From NCBI RefSeq assembly GCF_001997385.1, contig NZ_CP019633.1:840001-872000 (forward strand): a DNA stretch of 32,000 nt. The letters are read 5' to 3'. The DNA comes from Sedimentisphaera cyanobacteriorum (GTDB lineage: Bacteria; Planctomycetota; Phycisphaerae; Sedimentisphaerales; Sedimentisphaeraceae). The position numbers and the translations under genes are program-made. The notes beneath the pieces were generated by a model. That model saw nothing but the letters and a program-made list of their open reading frames with translations. It was not told the origin of the DNA and did no database searches. Below are positions 19,571 through 29,540 of the stretch, piece after piece (positions within the stretch are counted from its first letter, which is position 1; every line of letters begins with the position of its first letter).

Positions 19571-21229
19571 ATGAACCTCTTAAACAAATTTTTAAAGCAA
19601 ACCAGCTTTAAATCATACGAAGACTTCCGCAAAAACTACAAGGTTATAATACCTGATGATTTCAACTTTGCTTACGATGTAGTTGATTACTATGCAGACC
19701 ATTCGCCTGAGAAACGGGCGCTGGTGTGGGTGGATGATAATGATAACGAAAAGATAATCAGCTTCGCCGAGATGAGCGAATACAGCAAACGGGCAGCGTC
19801 GTATTTCCATTCCAGAGGAATAGGCAAAGCAGACTGCGTACTGCTCACTCTTAAGGGAAGATTTGAATTCTGGTACTGCCTGCTCGGACTGCACAGAATT
19901 GGAGCTATTGCAGTTCCCGCTACCCATATGCTGAAGAAAAAAGATTTTGAGTACCGCTTTGATAAGGCGCAGATAAAGATGGTCGTAAGCGATAACGACC
20001 CTGAGCTTATAAATCAAATCGATGCGGCGCATGAATCTTTCAAAGATCTGGTTAAAATTAAAAGCTGCCTGAAAGAAGCTCCGAATCAGCAGTGGGAAAA
20101 TTTCACCGAGGCAATCGAGCAGTCTTCCCGCGATTTTGAACGTCCTGAAGGCGGAATGAAAGCCTGCGGCGAGGACGCTATGCTGGTTTATTTCTCCTCA
20201 GGGACCACTGCCTATCCGAAAATGGTTGAACATAATTTCAACTACCCCCTCGGGCATATAATAACTGCAAAATACTGGCAGAATGTGATTGATGACGGGC
20301 TTCATTACACAGTAGCCGATACCGGCTGGGCGAAATGCGTATGGGGAAAAATTTACGGCCAGTGGATAGCAGGCAGCGCTGTGTTTACACACGATTACAA
20401 AAAATTCAATGCGGCAAAAATGCTGAAAAAGGCATCTGAATACAAAGTTAATACATTCTGCGCACCGCCTACGATCTATCGCTTTATCATAAAGGAAGAT
20501 ATGGAGAAATACGACTTTTCTAACATCAAATACTGCGTGGTAGCGGGTGAGCCACTGAACCCGGAAATCTACAATAAGTTTTTGAGCTACACGGGAATCA
20601 AACTTATGGAAGGCTACGGACAGACAGAAACCACCCCCCTTGTCTTTACATTCCCCGAAACTCAGCCCAAGCCCGGCTCTATGGGCAAACCGAATCCAGA
20701 CTACGACCTTAAGCTGATTAACTCAGAAGGAGAAGAATGTGATCCGGGCGAGGAAGGTGAGATTGTAATCGACACCGCTGTACACATACCTGCCGGCCTC
20801 TTTACGCAATACCGTTCCGAGCCGGAAAGAACAGATCAAAGCTGGCATAATAACTGCTACCACACAGGCGATATTGCTTGGAAAGATGAAGACGGATATT
20901 TCTGGTTTGTCGGCAGAGCAGATGATGTAATAAAAAGCAGCGGCTATCGGATAGGGCCTTTCGAGGTGGAAAGCGCGTTGTTAGAGCATCCAGCTGTTTT
21001 AGAGTGCGCGGTTACGGGCGTGCCCGATGAAATCCGGGGAACAGCGGTTAAGGCTACTGTAGTGCTCACTAAGGATTATAAGGCTTCCGATGAGCTTGTA
21101 AGAGAGCTTCAGAAACACGTGAAAGACGTTACTGCTCCATACAAGTACCCCCGCGTTGTGAAATTTGCTGAGAGCCTGCCCAAAACTATCAGCGGAAAAA
21201 TTCGCAGGGTTCAGCTGCGGAAAAACTAA
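19571..21229 (+). CDS. AMP-forming acyl-CoA synthetase (medium-chain/ACSM-like)
   Basis: 552-aa ORF with an AGGAG Shine-Dalgarno. ANL motifs are YFSSGTTAYPK, GYGQTET, YHTGD, GRADDVIKSSGYRIGPFEVES and KTISGKIRR. Confidence 0.9.
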   Translation: MNLLNKFLKQTSFKSYEDFRKNYKVIIPDDFNFAYDVVDYYADHSPEKRALVWVDDNDNEKIISFAEMSEYSKRAASYFHSRGIGKADCVLLTLKGRFEFWYCLLGLHRIGAIAVPATHMLKKKDFEYRFDKAQIKMVVSDNDPELINQIDAAHESFKDLVKIKSCLKEAPNQQWENFTEAIEQSSRDFERPEGGMKACGEDAMLVYFSSGTTAYPKMVEHNFNYPLGHIITAKYWQNVIDDGLHYTVADTGWAKCVWGKIYGQWIAGSAVFTHDYKKFNAAKMLKKASEYKVNTFCAPPTIYRFIIKEDMEKYDFSNIKYCVVAGEPLNPEIYNKFLSYTGIKLMEGYGQTETTPLVFTFPETQPKPGSMGKPNPDYDLKLINSEGEECDPGEEGEIVIDTAVHIPAGLFTQYRSEPERTDQSWHNNCYHTGDIAWKDEDGYFWFVGRADDVIKSSGYRIGPFEVESALLEHPAVLECAVTGVPDEIRGTAVKATVVLTKDYKASDELVRELQKHVKDVTAPYKYPRVVKFAESLPKTISGKIRRVQLRKN

Positions 21230-21280
21230 TCAGAAATGCGAAATATCCTAACTTGAAACTATATGACAGGCAGCGGGGAA

Positions 21281-23374
21281 TCAATGCTCAACATTCAACC
21301 GGATAAGTTCTATGAAATCTTCTGCGTTAACAACCCGCACATCTGAATCAAGCTTTTTAATAGTATTTCGTATATCGTCCATGCCTCTGCTCCATGCATG
21401 CACAGTTACAAACGTGTAGCCTTCCGGAATATTCGGATTTGCAGGCAGTTCGTTAATACTGTCTGCAATTTCTTCCGGGGTTGAGCGAACTGCGGAATAA
21501 AATTTTTCATCTCTGAAATCGAAGCGTGCGCAGACCATAGGCTTGCCGTCGAACCAGAGTATTTTGCCGTTGTAAGGTGCGTATTTCACGTATTCCATAA
21601 AAAAGAAACCTCTCAGCTGATCTAAGGAAGTGAAATACTTTATCTTATCGTAATAGTCTTGAGACAGCCTGCTTTCCGGCATAATTCTGTCTATAAGCAG
21701 AAGTGTGCGGAGGTCTGCCCTTTTGAGAAAACCCGTAAGCCTTTGTGCATGGGTCTGCATATAAGGCGCGTGGTATGGATAGAAATACCCGAGCCCGCAG
21801 TATCCCACAAATGCATCATTTTCCGTTGCTGCATCATACCACATATCTACGCCCGCCGGCGAAAGCTCTACCAGAGAGGGCGCCATCCCCCAGCTCATCG
21901 GGAACTCGCCTCTATGCTCGTTTGCATAGAATTTTTCTTCAGAGAAAAATGAATTTGAACCGATCTCGGTTAGAATATTATCCATATCGCTCATTATGAA
22001 AGTTACGTAATGAACGTTTTTCTCGTTTTCAGGCTTATCTCTGGAAACCTTCTGCTTGAAATTCTGATTTTTCATAGCCGGGCCGGTTGAAGCGTGCACA
22101 GAGAGATTGACCATCCAGTCTGAAGGCATTTGGAAGAGCCCTTCCTCAGAATGCAGCTTTACTGTAAGCCCTTCATCCGAGGTGGTTCCGTCCTGCCAGC
22201 CGTAAACTGGGCTCACAGGCTCCATACTCCTGTACACGCTGCGGGAAAGCTCTTCATCACTGTGCCACCAGTTCAAAGCCTTCACAGCCGGAGCGAAATC
22301 CTTCAGATGAAAAACGCTCGGATGACGCCGCATATCATTTGTATGAACGATTATCGCCGCATCCCTGATCTGCTCTCTGTAATTATTATATACCCACTCA
22401 CAGTCCTTTCTGCTTACATCTGCAGCAAGCTTGTACCCAGCTTCAATGAAAGTCTTTTCAAGGCTTTTATCCACAGCAGCAGCATCTTTGAGCCCCGCCA
22501 TCGTATTAGCAGCTGAAATTGAAGGCTTATAATCAAGGTCGTAAAGGACATACCTTCCCGAGGTGTATTTCTTCATCGCTTTAAGAAGTCCTGGGAAATC
22601 ATTTTCATAAGAGCGGTCTAAGCTTATTCTGAACTGCTCTTTGAGGTAGTTAAGAAAGGTTTCATCGCCAGTATCCATCCATATTTTCGGCCCTTCTGTC
22701 CGGGCAGTAACACCCTGCAAAGACTGAACCGCTATCGAAACAGCCCCTTTAGAACGTCTCTGCATCGGAAAGGTAATCAGTGAATCACCTTTTGAAATCG
22801 GTTTAATCTCCCCGTAGAGAGGGTCGTAATCGATTTCCCTGTATAGGGCTATCTCATCAAGCAGAATTCCTGCTTCATCCTCTGAAAAGCCTCTAACTGA
22901 AAACTGCACATCAACAAAATATGCCCCGGGATGAGCTGCAAACTTTTCGCTGCCTTGTTCCCAGTTTTTGTTTTGAGCCCTCAGTTTCCTTTTATCCGCA
23001 GAAAGCACATTTTCGCCTTGTGAGCCGTAGGAGCGAACGATAAGGTAAAGAGATGCTGTTTCATTGAAATAGTCCTGAGCTTTCATGCTGTATTCTAAGC
23101 AGAAGTTTTCTGATCTTCTTATGTTGATCAGATCAGAACGCATTTGAGCCCGGCTGCCTGCTTTAACATCTAATTCAAAACACCTATCCCCGCTATTTGG
23201 GATTTCTTTAGATTCGCAAGCTTCTGTTTCCCAGCCGGAAAGCTGGCGTTCAGCACCGCCGTTTTTCAGTGGAGAGTATGAACGGTCGTACTCAACTTGG
23301 GCGTAAGAAACAAAACAGAAAAGTGTTAAAACAGCCAGCATAAAAACGCAGCAGCGATTTATTCCCTTCAGCAT
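21281..23374 (-). CDS. Secreted GxGYxYP-family putative glycoside hydrolase with N-terminal CBM-like jelly-roll
   Basis: 697-aa ORF with a signal peptide (VFMLAVLTLFCFVSYAQ). The family motif appears literally as GLGYFYP within VGYCGLGYFYPYH. The N-terminal ~170 aa look like a CBM4/9-type beta-sandwich. Confidence 0.8.
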   Translation of the reverse strand: MLKGINRCCVFMLAVLTLFCFVSYAQVEYDRSYSPLKNGGAERQLSGWETEACESKEIPNSGDRCFELDVKAGSRAQMRSDLINIRRSENFCLEYSMKAQDYFNETASLYLIVRSYGSQGENVLSADKRKLRAQNKNWEQGSEKFAAHPGAYFVDVQFSVRGFSEDEAGILLDEIALYREIDYDPLYGEIKPISKGDSLITFPMQRRSKGAVSIAVQSLQGVTARTEGPKIWMDTGDETFLNYLKEQFRISLDRSYENDFPGLLKAMKKYTSGRYVLYDLDYKPSISAANTMAGLKDAAAVDKSLEKTFIEAGYKLAADVSRKDCEWVYNNYREQIRDAAIIVHTNDMRRHPSVFHLKDFAPAVKALNWWHSDEELSRSVYRSMEPVSPVYGWQDGTTSDEGLTVKLHSEEGLFQMPSDWMVNLSVHASTGPAMKNQNFKQKVSRDKPENEKNVHYVTFIMSDMDNILTEIGSNSFFSEEKFYANEHRGEFPMSWGMAPSLVELSPAGVDMWYDAATENDAFVGYCGLGYFYPYHAPYMQTHAQRLTGFLKRADLRTLLLIDRIMPESRLSQDYYDKIKYFTSLDQLRGFFFMEYVKYAPYNGKILWFDGKPMVCARFDFRDEKFYSAVRSTPEEIADSINELPANPNIPEGYTFVTVHAWSRGMDDIRNTIKKLDSDVRVVNAEDFIELIRLNVEH

Positions 23375-23395
23375 CTCAATTACCTTTCGAAAGGG

Positions 23396-24832
23396 TCAAA
23401 TGTTTTTCTTTTTCAAAATCCGCGGATGTTTTTTGTAAGTTTCGATTACCAGCTCACCGAAAAGTGTGTTTGCCCATGCAAACCAGCTTCTTGAAAAATC
23501 TTTTGGATTATCCTTGTTGAAAGATTCATGCATAAAACCGGTACCTGCATGCGTATTTTTGAGCATTCTCAGGCATAAAGCAGCCTCTTCGGAATTGCTG
23601 CTTGTAAGTGCTCTCAGGATGATTCCCATAGGCCAGATCGACTCTTTGCCTGTATGAGGGCTGCCATAGCCTTCTGCAGCGCTTCCCTCAAAATACCAAG
23701 GGTTGTAGCTGCTCAAGAGGTATTCTCTAGTCCGCCGGTAAATCGGATCTGAGCTTTTGTGATAGCCCAGATAGTTCAGGGATATAAGGCTCGGCACATT
23801 TGCATCATCCATGAAAAGATGATTGCCGTACCCGTCTGCCTCGTAGGCATATATCTTACCGAAATGCAGGTGTTCTCTTGTGCCCCATTTCATCACAGCC
23901 TGCTCCACTTCATCAGCAAGCGCGCTGCATTCTGAAGCAAATTTTTTGTCGTTGAGCTTATTATTGTACAAATCAGCAAGCTGTCTGAGGCTCTGAACAG
24001 CAAAAAGATTAGAGGGAATCAGGAAAGGAAGCACAGTAGCATCATCGGAAGGACGGAACATAGAGCATATCATCCCAACTGGGTTAATCGGCCTTCCTGT
24101 ACCGTCGAAAACTGGGGCATCGGTCATACGGGACGTTTCCCTGCTGAAACGGTATGGTGTTGAATGGTCTTTCCTCTGCTCTGTCTTGAATGTCTTTACA
24201 ATAAGACGCATAGCCTTATCCCACTCGCTGTCAAAACAGCTCATATCGCCTGTTATCTGATAATATTCATTTGCAAGACGAACTACATAACACAGAGAAT
24301 CGATCTCCCATTTTCTCTCGTGCTCCCCTGCTTTCGGCGACGGCCTGTCGCTTTCCCAGTGTGAAGGCTTGTCCATATCTTTATAGAAAGCATTTGCATA
24401 CGGGTCTAAAAGCACGCACTTTGTCTGACGATTTACAAGCCCTTTGATCATCATCTTCAGGTGTTTGTCCTTTTTGATCAAAGGCATATAAGGCCAAACT
24501 TGACACGTTGAATCACGAAGCCACATCGCATCAATATCACCTGTAATTATAAATGAATCCGGTTTGCCGTCTATCATTTCAAAATCAGTTGTTGTATCAA
24601 GGGTGTTTGGATAGCAGTTTTCGAACATCCAGCTCAGCTCGGGGTCTTTAATAAAGGCCTTCACCTCATCAATAGTACTCTCAACCGCTGAGCTTTTAAA
24701 AGTTCTTTTATTCGGAGCCGGTCTCTGTGAAACAAACTTTTGCTCATCAGCACCCAAAGCCATACCGCCGCTCGCAGCAATGCCTGCGGTAATCATAGAG
24801 GCGTCTTTCATAAAATCACGTCTGTTTATCAT
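23396..24832 (-). CDS. GH125 exo-alpha-1,6-mannosidase family protein (Tat-exported)
   Basis: The tracked ORF starts at 24874. I prefer ATG 24832, which has an AAAGGA Shine-Dalgarno 8 nt upstream and gives MINRRDFMKDASMITAGIAASGGMALGA, a twin-arginine signal. The GH125 signature GDIDAMWLRDS is present. Confidence 0.9.
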   Translation of the reverse strand: MINRRDFMKDASMITAGIAASGGMALGADEQKFVSQRPAPNKRTFKSSAVESTIDEVKAFIKDPELSWMFENCYPNTLDTTTDFEMIDGKPDSFIITGDIDAMWLRDSTCQVWPYMPLIKKDKHLKMMIKGLVNRQTKCVLLDPYANAFYKDMDKPSHWESDRPSPKAGEHERKWEIDSLCYVVRLANEYYQITGDMSCFDSEWDKAMRLIVKTFKTEQRKDHSTPYRFSRETSRMTDAPVFDGTGRPINPVGMICSMFRPSDDATVLPFLIPSNLFAVQSLRQLADLYNNKLNDKKFASECSALADEVEQAVMKWGTREHLHFGKIYAYEADGYGNHLFMDDANVPSLISLNYLGYHKSSDPIYRRTREYLLSSYNPWYFEGSAAEGYGSPHTGKESIWPMGIILRALTSSNSEEAALCLRMLKNTHAGTGFMHESFNKDNPKDFSRSWFAWANTLFGELVIETYKKHPRILKKKNI

Positions 24833-24854
24833 TTGATAATCCTTTCTTGTATAA

Positions 24855-25961
24855 TCAGCTTTTATCCAGTTCACTCAGTGCATAAGCGTATGCTCCTATT
24901 GCGATGGCTCGGCTTGTATCGAGGACGGCCCTGCCGATTCCAATACGTTTCATAGAGTCGTATGGAATTTCTTTATCAGTCCCGGGGACCTTCAGCTGCT
25001 TAACCTTGCCTTCGATAAATTCCCTCCGCCCTTCTTCGCTCTCCAGATCGAGGGTTTTCTGAATAATTCTCGGCTTGGGCTCGCCTGCATAGCTGCTGAT
25101 AGTTCCGTTCATCTGCCTCAACGCTGAATCTATGAACATATCGTACGCAGCGGAAAGCCCGCCGCCTACTACGATAATCCCGTCTATAAGCGTGATTGCG
25201 TTGGCAAGCGAATCGCCAACAATCTCACCCAGCTCGGCAAACGAATCCAGGGCTGCCTGCTTACTGCCTTCTTGATTGCCGTTGGCGATTTCGTAAATAT
25301 CCTTTGGCTCGGGAGCGTTTTGCGGCGATATCCCCGCAAGCTCTGCATACTTATTCTTTACCGCCCTTATGCTTACGCCCTCTTCAGCGAAGCACTCGGA
25401 GTACTTGCTGTTTCTGGTGATCCATATCTCGCCTGCTGCGGAGTTGTCGCCTATGAAGAGCTCTCCGTTTGAAACTATCCCCGCACCGAAGCCTGTTCCG
25501 ATTGTTATGCCGAACAGATTCTTGAAGCGTGTGGGCGAGCCTGCATTCTCGAGCATACTGTTGACCTTAGGCAGGAAGCCGGCAATCGCCTCCCCGTAAA
25601 CAAACAAATCCCCGTCGTTGTTTATATATACGGGTATCTGGAATTTCTCTTCCAAATAGCTGCCCAAAGGGATTCCCCCCGCATAGGCGGGAAGATTGCC
25701 TACGTTATCTATAATACCGTTGGGATAGTCCGCAGGGCCGGGAAAAGCAAAGCTGATTGCCGCCGGCTTCTGCGGGAGCTTCTCGATCACCTCAGAGAAA
25801 CCCTTCACCATCGAACCAAGACTCTTATCCAAGTCGTCTGCGAAGGCGGGCAGTTTTACCGGCTCAACTATTTCCTTCATATCCTGCATCGCAGAGAAAA
25901 CGAAATTCGTTCCCCCTGCATCAAGGGTTAATACAATTCTGTTATCATTTGCTGGATTCAT
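24855..25961 (-). CDS. ROK-like/ASKHA-fold sugar kinase (likely hexo- or mannokinase)
   Basis: 368-aa ORF. The phosphate-1 motif is LTLDAGGTNFVF. Other matches are NNDGDLFVYGE and GITIGTGFGAGIV. The classic ROK CxCGxxGC zinc motif is absent. Confidence 0.75.
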   Translation of the reverse strand: MNPANDNRIVLTLDAGGTNFVFSAMQDMKEIVEPVKLPAFADDLDKSLGSMVKGFSEVIEKLPQKPAAISFAFPGPADYPNGIIDNVGNLPAYAGGIPLGSYLEEKFQIPVYINNDGDLFVYGEAIAGFLPKVNSMLENAGSPTRFKNLFGITIGTGFGAGIVSNGELFIGDNSAAGEIWITRNSKYSECFAEEGVSIRAVKNKYAELAGISPQNAPEPKDIYEIANGNQEGSKQAALDSFAELGEIVGDSLANAITLIDGIIVVGGGLSAAYDMFIDSALRQMNGTISSYAGEPKPRIIQKTLDLESEEGRREFIEGKVKQLKVPGTDKEIPYDSMKRIGIGRAVLDTSRAIAIGAYAYALSELDKS

Positions 25962-25977
25962 TTCTCACCTCATTTAA

Positions 25978-27153
25978 TCAGGAACTTGCTGCTGATTCTG
26001 GTTCAATCTGCTTGGGCTGGTCCTTCTCAAGGGAAAGCACCAGAAGATACACAAAGCATACAACTGGAACGATAAATGCCTTAGTACCAAGGCCCATATC
26101 AACAAATTGCCCCATCAGCAGAGGCACGAGAGCTCCGCCTGAGATTGCCATACACATAAGACCGCTGAGCTCGCTTCCGCGGGCGGGATCCTTCTCTACT
26201 GTAATAGAGAAAAGCATTGGCCATATATTAGCAAAACCAAGGCCTGAAAGCAATACTCCTATTACCGCTATATTCGATGCACCGAACATAAGTATCAATG
26301 CCCCGACAAGACCCATCAGGGCTGAGAGCCTGAAGAATGTACGCTGTGAGAGGAAGTTCAGTACAGCACCCCCGCCCAGACGGCCGACAGTAAGCATAAG
26401 GAAGAAAAATGCAGGGCCGAATTTGGTTGCAGTGGATTCTTCAAGTCCCATCTTTTCAAGAAGAGGCAGGAGGAACCTTGCCATACATACCTCAGAGCCC
26501 ACGTATAAAAATATCCCGAGAACCGCTAAAGCGTAAACCGGCTTTTTCAAAAGACCAAGTCCGGACTTCAGGCTTGGGGGAACGTCTGCCTTTGTCTCGT
26601 TTACTTTGATAGTGCAGACCCAGATAAAGGCCGCTGCCATAAGCACGAAGAAAATCGGAAATACGCCTCTCCAGCCCAGTGTCTTGAATATCGCAAATCC
26701 CGCTACAGCCGTTACAAGGTAAGAGGAAACCGAGCTTCCAATCCCCTTGAAGCCTTGCGCGAAGCTGAGGTTTCGGCCGTATTTGCCCTCAGCGCTCACA
26801 TCGTGCATAATCGGATTGCCCGCTACCTGAAGGAATGTTGTTCCGATTCCGAGAACAAAAATGCAGCCCAGCAGAACCGCAAATGTTGGTTCTGTAAGGC
26901 AGGGTATCAGCATTGCTATCGCATTGAGGCCGAGGCCGAGCAGAAGTAGCCTTTTCTTGCCGATCCTTGCGGCAAGAAGACCGCCCGGAACGCTGAAAAC
27001 AGCGAACGCTATAAATACAAAGAATGAAAGAAGGGTTGCTGTTACGTTGCTGAGCTCGTAATTCTCCCTTACCGCCTCAGACATAGGCCCCATTGCATCG
27101 GCAACGCCCATCATCAGAAATACAAATAGTATTGGAATTGTTTGGATTCTCAC
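25978..27153 (-). CDS. MFS sugar permease (GluP/FucP glucose/galactose/mannose transporter type)
   Basis: 391-aa ORF with a GTG start and about 12 hydrophobic segments. The loop ARIGKKRLLLLGL follows TM2. It sits between glycosidases and a sugar kinase. Confidence 0.8.
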   Translation of the reverse strand: MRIQTIPILFVFLMMGVADAMGPMSEAVRENYELSNVTATLLSFFVFIAFAVFSVPGGLLAARIGKKRLLLLGLGLNAIAMLIPCLTEPTFAVLLGCIFVLGIGTTFLQVAGNPIMHDVSAEGKYGRNLSFAQGFKGIGSSVSSYLVTAVAGFAIFKTLGWRGVFPIFFVLMAAAFIWVCTIKVNETKADVPPSLKSGLGLLKKPVYALAVLGIFLYVGSEVCMARFLLPLLEKMGLEESTATKFGPAFFFLMLTVGRLGGGAVLNFLSQRTFFRLSALMGLVGALILMFGASNIAVIGVLLSGLGFANIWPMLFSITVEKDPARGSELSGLMCMAISGGALVPLLMGQFVDMGLGTKAFIVPVVCFVYLLVLSLEKDQPKQIEPESAASS

Positions 27154-27224
27154 GATTCTGCCTTTCGTAAAATTAAACTGTTATTAAATTCTGTACATTA
27201 ACAATATAAACCCCGCAATATGTC

Positions 27225-29522
27225 TTACTCCAACTCTTCAGACATTGAGTAAGGGGCATCGGAAGGGGCATTGCCCCAGTCTTTGTTCGGCTCATCATCC
27301 ATATCGAAAGATATTGTTCCGCCCTTCTGGATGTCTTCGTAATTCAGGTAAGTCTTTGAATACGGTCTGCCGTTCAAACGGGCAGATTGAATATATATAT
27401 TATCTTTGCTGTTCTCTTCGGCCTCAACGGTAAAGATATTCCCGTTTTCAAGCTTCATTTCAGCCTCCTTGAAAATCGGACTTCCTATCACAAACTCCCC
27501 TGAACCCGGACATACCGGATAAAATCCAAGGGCTGAGAATACATACCACGCTGAGGTCTGGCCGTTATCCTCATCGCCGCAAAGGCCGTCCGGGCGTGGC
27601 TGGTAGAGCCTGTCCATAACCTCCCTGACCCATTTCTGCGCCTTCCATGGCTGGCCGGCATAGTTGTAGAGGTATATCATATGCTGGATTGGCTGATTCC
27701 CGTGGGCGTACTGACCCATATCAACAACGGTCATCTCTATGATCTCGTGTATCGGGAAGCCGTAATAAGAAGCGTCGTATTTCGGCGGCGTTGTAAAAAC
27801 AGAATCAAGCTTTTCTGCGAACGCTTTCTTGCCGCCCATCAGATTCATAAGCCCCTTTGGATCCTGAAAAACAGACCACGTGTAATGCCATGCTGAGCCT
27901 TCAGTGAAAACCCCGCCCCATTTCTCAGGAACGAATGGAGACTGCCATTTGCCGTCTTCTTTTTTGCCTCTCATAAAATTCGTGCTTTTATCAAAAACGT
28001 TTCTGTAGTATTGGGCTCTCTTACGGAAACGCTTAATATGCTCTTCTGGTTTATCCAGAGCCTCTGCAAGCTTCCAGACAGTATAATCGGCATAGCTGTA
28101 TTCAAGCGTGCGGGCAATGCTCTCATTTACACCTACATCGCAGGGAATATAACCCTTTTCGTTGTAATAGTCAACGCCGAGCCTGCCTACCGAAGAGAGC
28201 TTCGGGTGCTGATTTTCGGAATTTTTCAGAATAGCTTCGTAGAGAGTTTCAATGTCGTAGCCCCTTATTCCGCTGAGGTAGGTATTAGCGATTATCGAAG
28301 CAGAATTAGAGCCCACCATGCAGTCTCTGTGTCCCGGGCTTGCCCATTCCGGAAGCCAGCCGCTCTGCTTGTAGGTGTTTACAAGGCCCTTCATAATATC
28401 GGCATTCAGCTCGGGGTACATCACAGTGAAGAACGGGAAGACTGCGCGGAATGTATCCCAGAAACCGTTGTCTGTGAACATATATCCCGGGAGCACCTTG
28501 CCGTTGTATGGGCTGTAATGAACCATCTTGCCGTCTTCATTGAATTCGTAGAACTTCCTCGGGAAAAGCAGAGTGCGGTAAAGCGCTGTGTAGAAATTGC
28601 CGTACTGTTTTTCAGTTCCGCCATTTACCCTGATTCTGTTTAACTGCTTATTCCATATATCCTTTGCTTTTGAGCGGGTTTGCGAGAAGGTTTCATTGCC
28701 TATCTCTCGTTTGAGATTCAGCTTTGCCTGCTTAAGGCTGATAAACGAAGAGGCCACTTTAACGTTCACCTTCTCGCCCTTGCCGGTTTTGAATCTGACA
28801 GCCGCTCCGACATGTTCGCCCTTCTTCTCACTGCTGCCCTTTTTGATTTTCCAGTCGCTCCAGGTGGAAACTTCTTCAAAATCCTTGTCGAAAACTGCAG
28901 CGAAATAGTTATGGAAGTTATCAGGTACGCCGCCGCTGTTGTTGCGGCAGTAGCCTATGATCATTCGCTTCTCGGGCAGGATCTTTACGTATGAGCCCTG
29001 ATTGAAGGCATCCAGCAGTACGTAGGATTTATCTGATTCGGGGAATGTAAAGCGAAACTGAGCAGCCCTTTGGGAAGGTGTGATCTCTGCGGTTACATCG
29101 TAATCGGCCAGATAGGCCTTGTAGTAGTGCGGCTTTACCGTCTCGGCCTTATGAGAAAACCAGCTCGCGCGCTCTTCCGTTCGAACTTTTAGCTCGCCGA
29201 CTACCGGCATAAGGGCAAAACGGGCGTAGTCGCTGATCCAAGGACTGGGCTGATGGGTCTGCTTGAATCCGCAAATCTTATAGTCGTCGTAGTTGTAGCA
29301 CCAGCCGTTGAGCTGATCAGTATTCGTTACCGGCGTCCAGAAATTCATGCCCCAGGGAAGAGCTATAGCAGGATAAGTGTTGCCGTTGGAAAATTCGAAG
29401 GCCGAATCCGAACCAACCAATGGATTTACATAATCAAGAGGCTGATGTTTCATATCATCTGCAAATAAAACTGATGAAATTGCTGCTGTAATTAATATTA
29501 GGATTAAATTTTTAAATTTCAT
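27225..29522 (-). CDS. GH92 alpha-mannosidase (secreted)
   Basis: 765-aa ORF with a signal peptide. GH92 signatures are GNTYPAIALPWGMNFWTP and GDEDNGQTSAWYVFSALGFYPVCPG. Confidence 0.93.
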   Translation of the reverse strand: MKFKNLILILITAAISSVLFADDMKHQPLDYVNPLVGSDSAFEFSNGNTYPAIALPWGMNFWTPVTNTDQLNGWCYNYDDYKICGFKQTHQPSPWISDYARFALMPVVGELKVRTEERASWFSHKAETVKPHYYKAYLADYDVTAEITPSQRAAQFRFTFPESDKSYVLLDAFNQGSYVKILPEKRMIIGYCRNNSGGVPDNFHNYFAAVFDKDFEEVSTWSDWKIKKGSSEKKGEHVGAAVRFKTGKGEKVNVKVASSFISLKQAKLNLKREIGNETFSQTRSKAKDIWNKQLNRIRVNGGTEKQYGNFYTALYRTLLFPRKFYEFNEDGKMVHYSPYNGKVLPGYMFTDNGFWDTFRAVFPFFTVMYPELNADIMKGLVNTYKQSGWLPEWASPGHRDCMVGSNSASIIANTYLSGIRGYDIETLYEAILKNSENQHPKLSSVGRLGVDYYNEKGYIPCDVGVNESIARTLEYSYADYTVWKLAEALDKPEEHIKRFRKRAQYYRNVFDKSTNFMRGKKEDGKWQSPFVPEKWGGVFTEGSAWHYTWSVFQDPKGLMNLMGGKKAFAEKLDSVFTTPPKYDASYYGFPIHEIIEMTVVDMGQYAHGNQPIQHMIYLYNYAGQPWKAQKWVREVMDRLYQPRPDGLCGDEDNGQTSAWYVFSALGFYPVCPGSGEFVIGSPIFKEAEMKLENGNIFTVEAEENSKDNIYIQSARLNGRPYSKTYLNYEDIQKGGTISFDMDDEPNKDWGNAPSDAPYSMSEELE

Positions 29523-29540
29523 TTAACTACCCTTCTTCTA

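Noticed and set aside
23383-23394. 12-nt palindrome CCTTTCGAAAGG between GH125 and the GxGYxYP gene, overlapping the AAAGG Shine-Dalgarno
   Set aside because: The stem would be only 4-5 bp with a minimal loop. It is too weak to claim a regulatory hairpin or operator without conservation data.
25757-26536. 259-aa plus-strand ORF spanning the ROK kinase / MFS permease junction
   Set aside because: Its Pro/Arg/Ser-rich low-complexity translation is antisense to two well-supported genes. It crosses their intergenic gap and has no start context.
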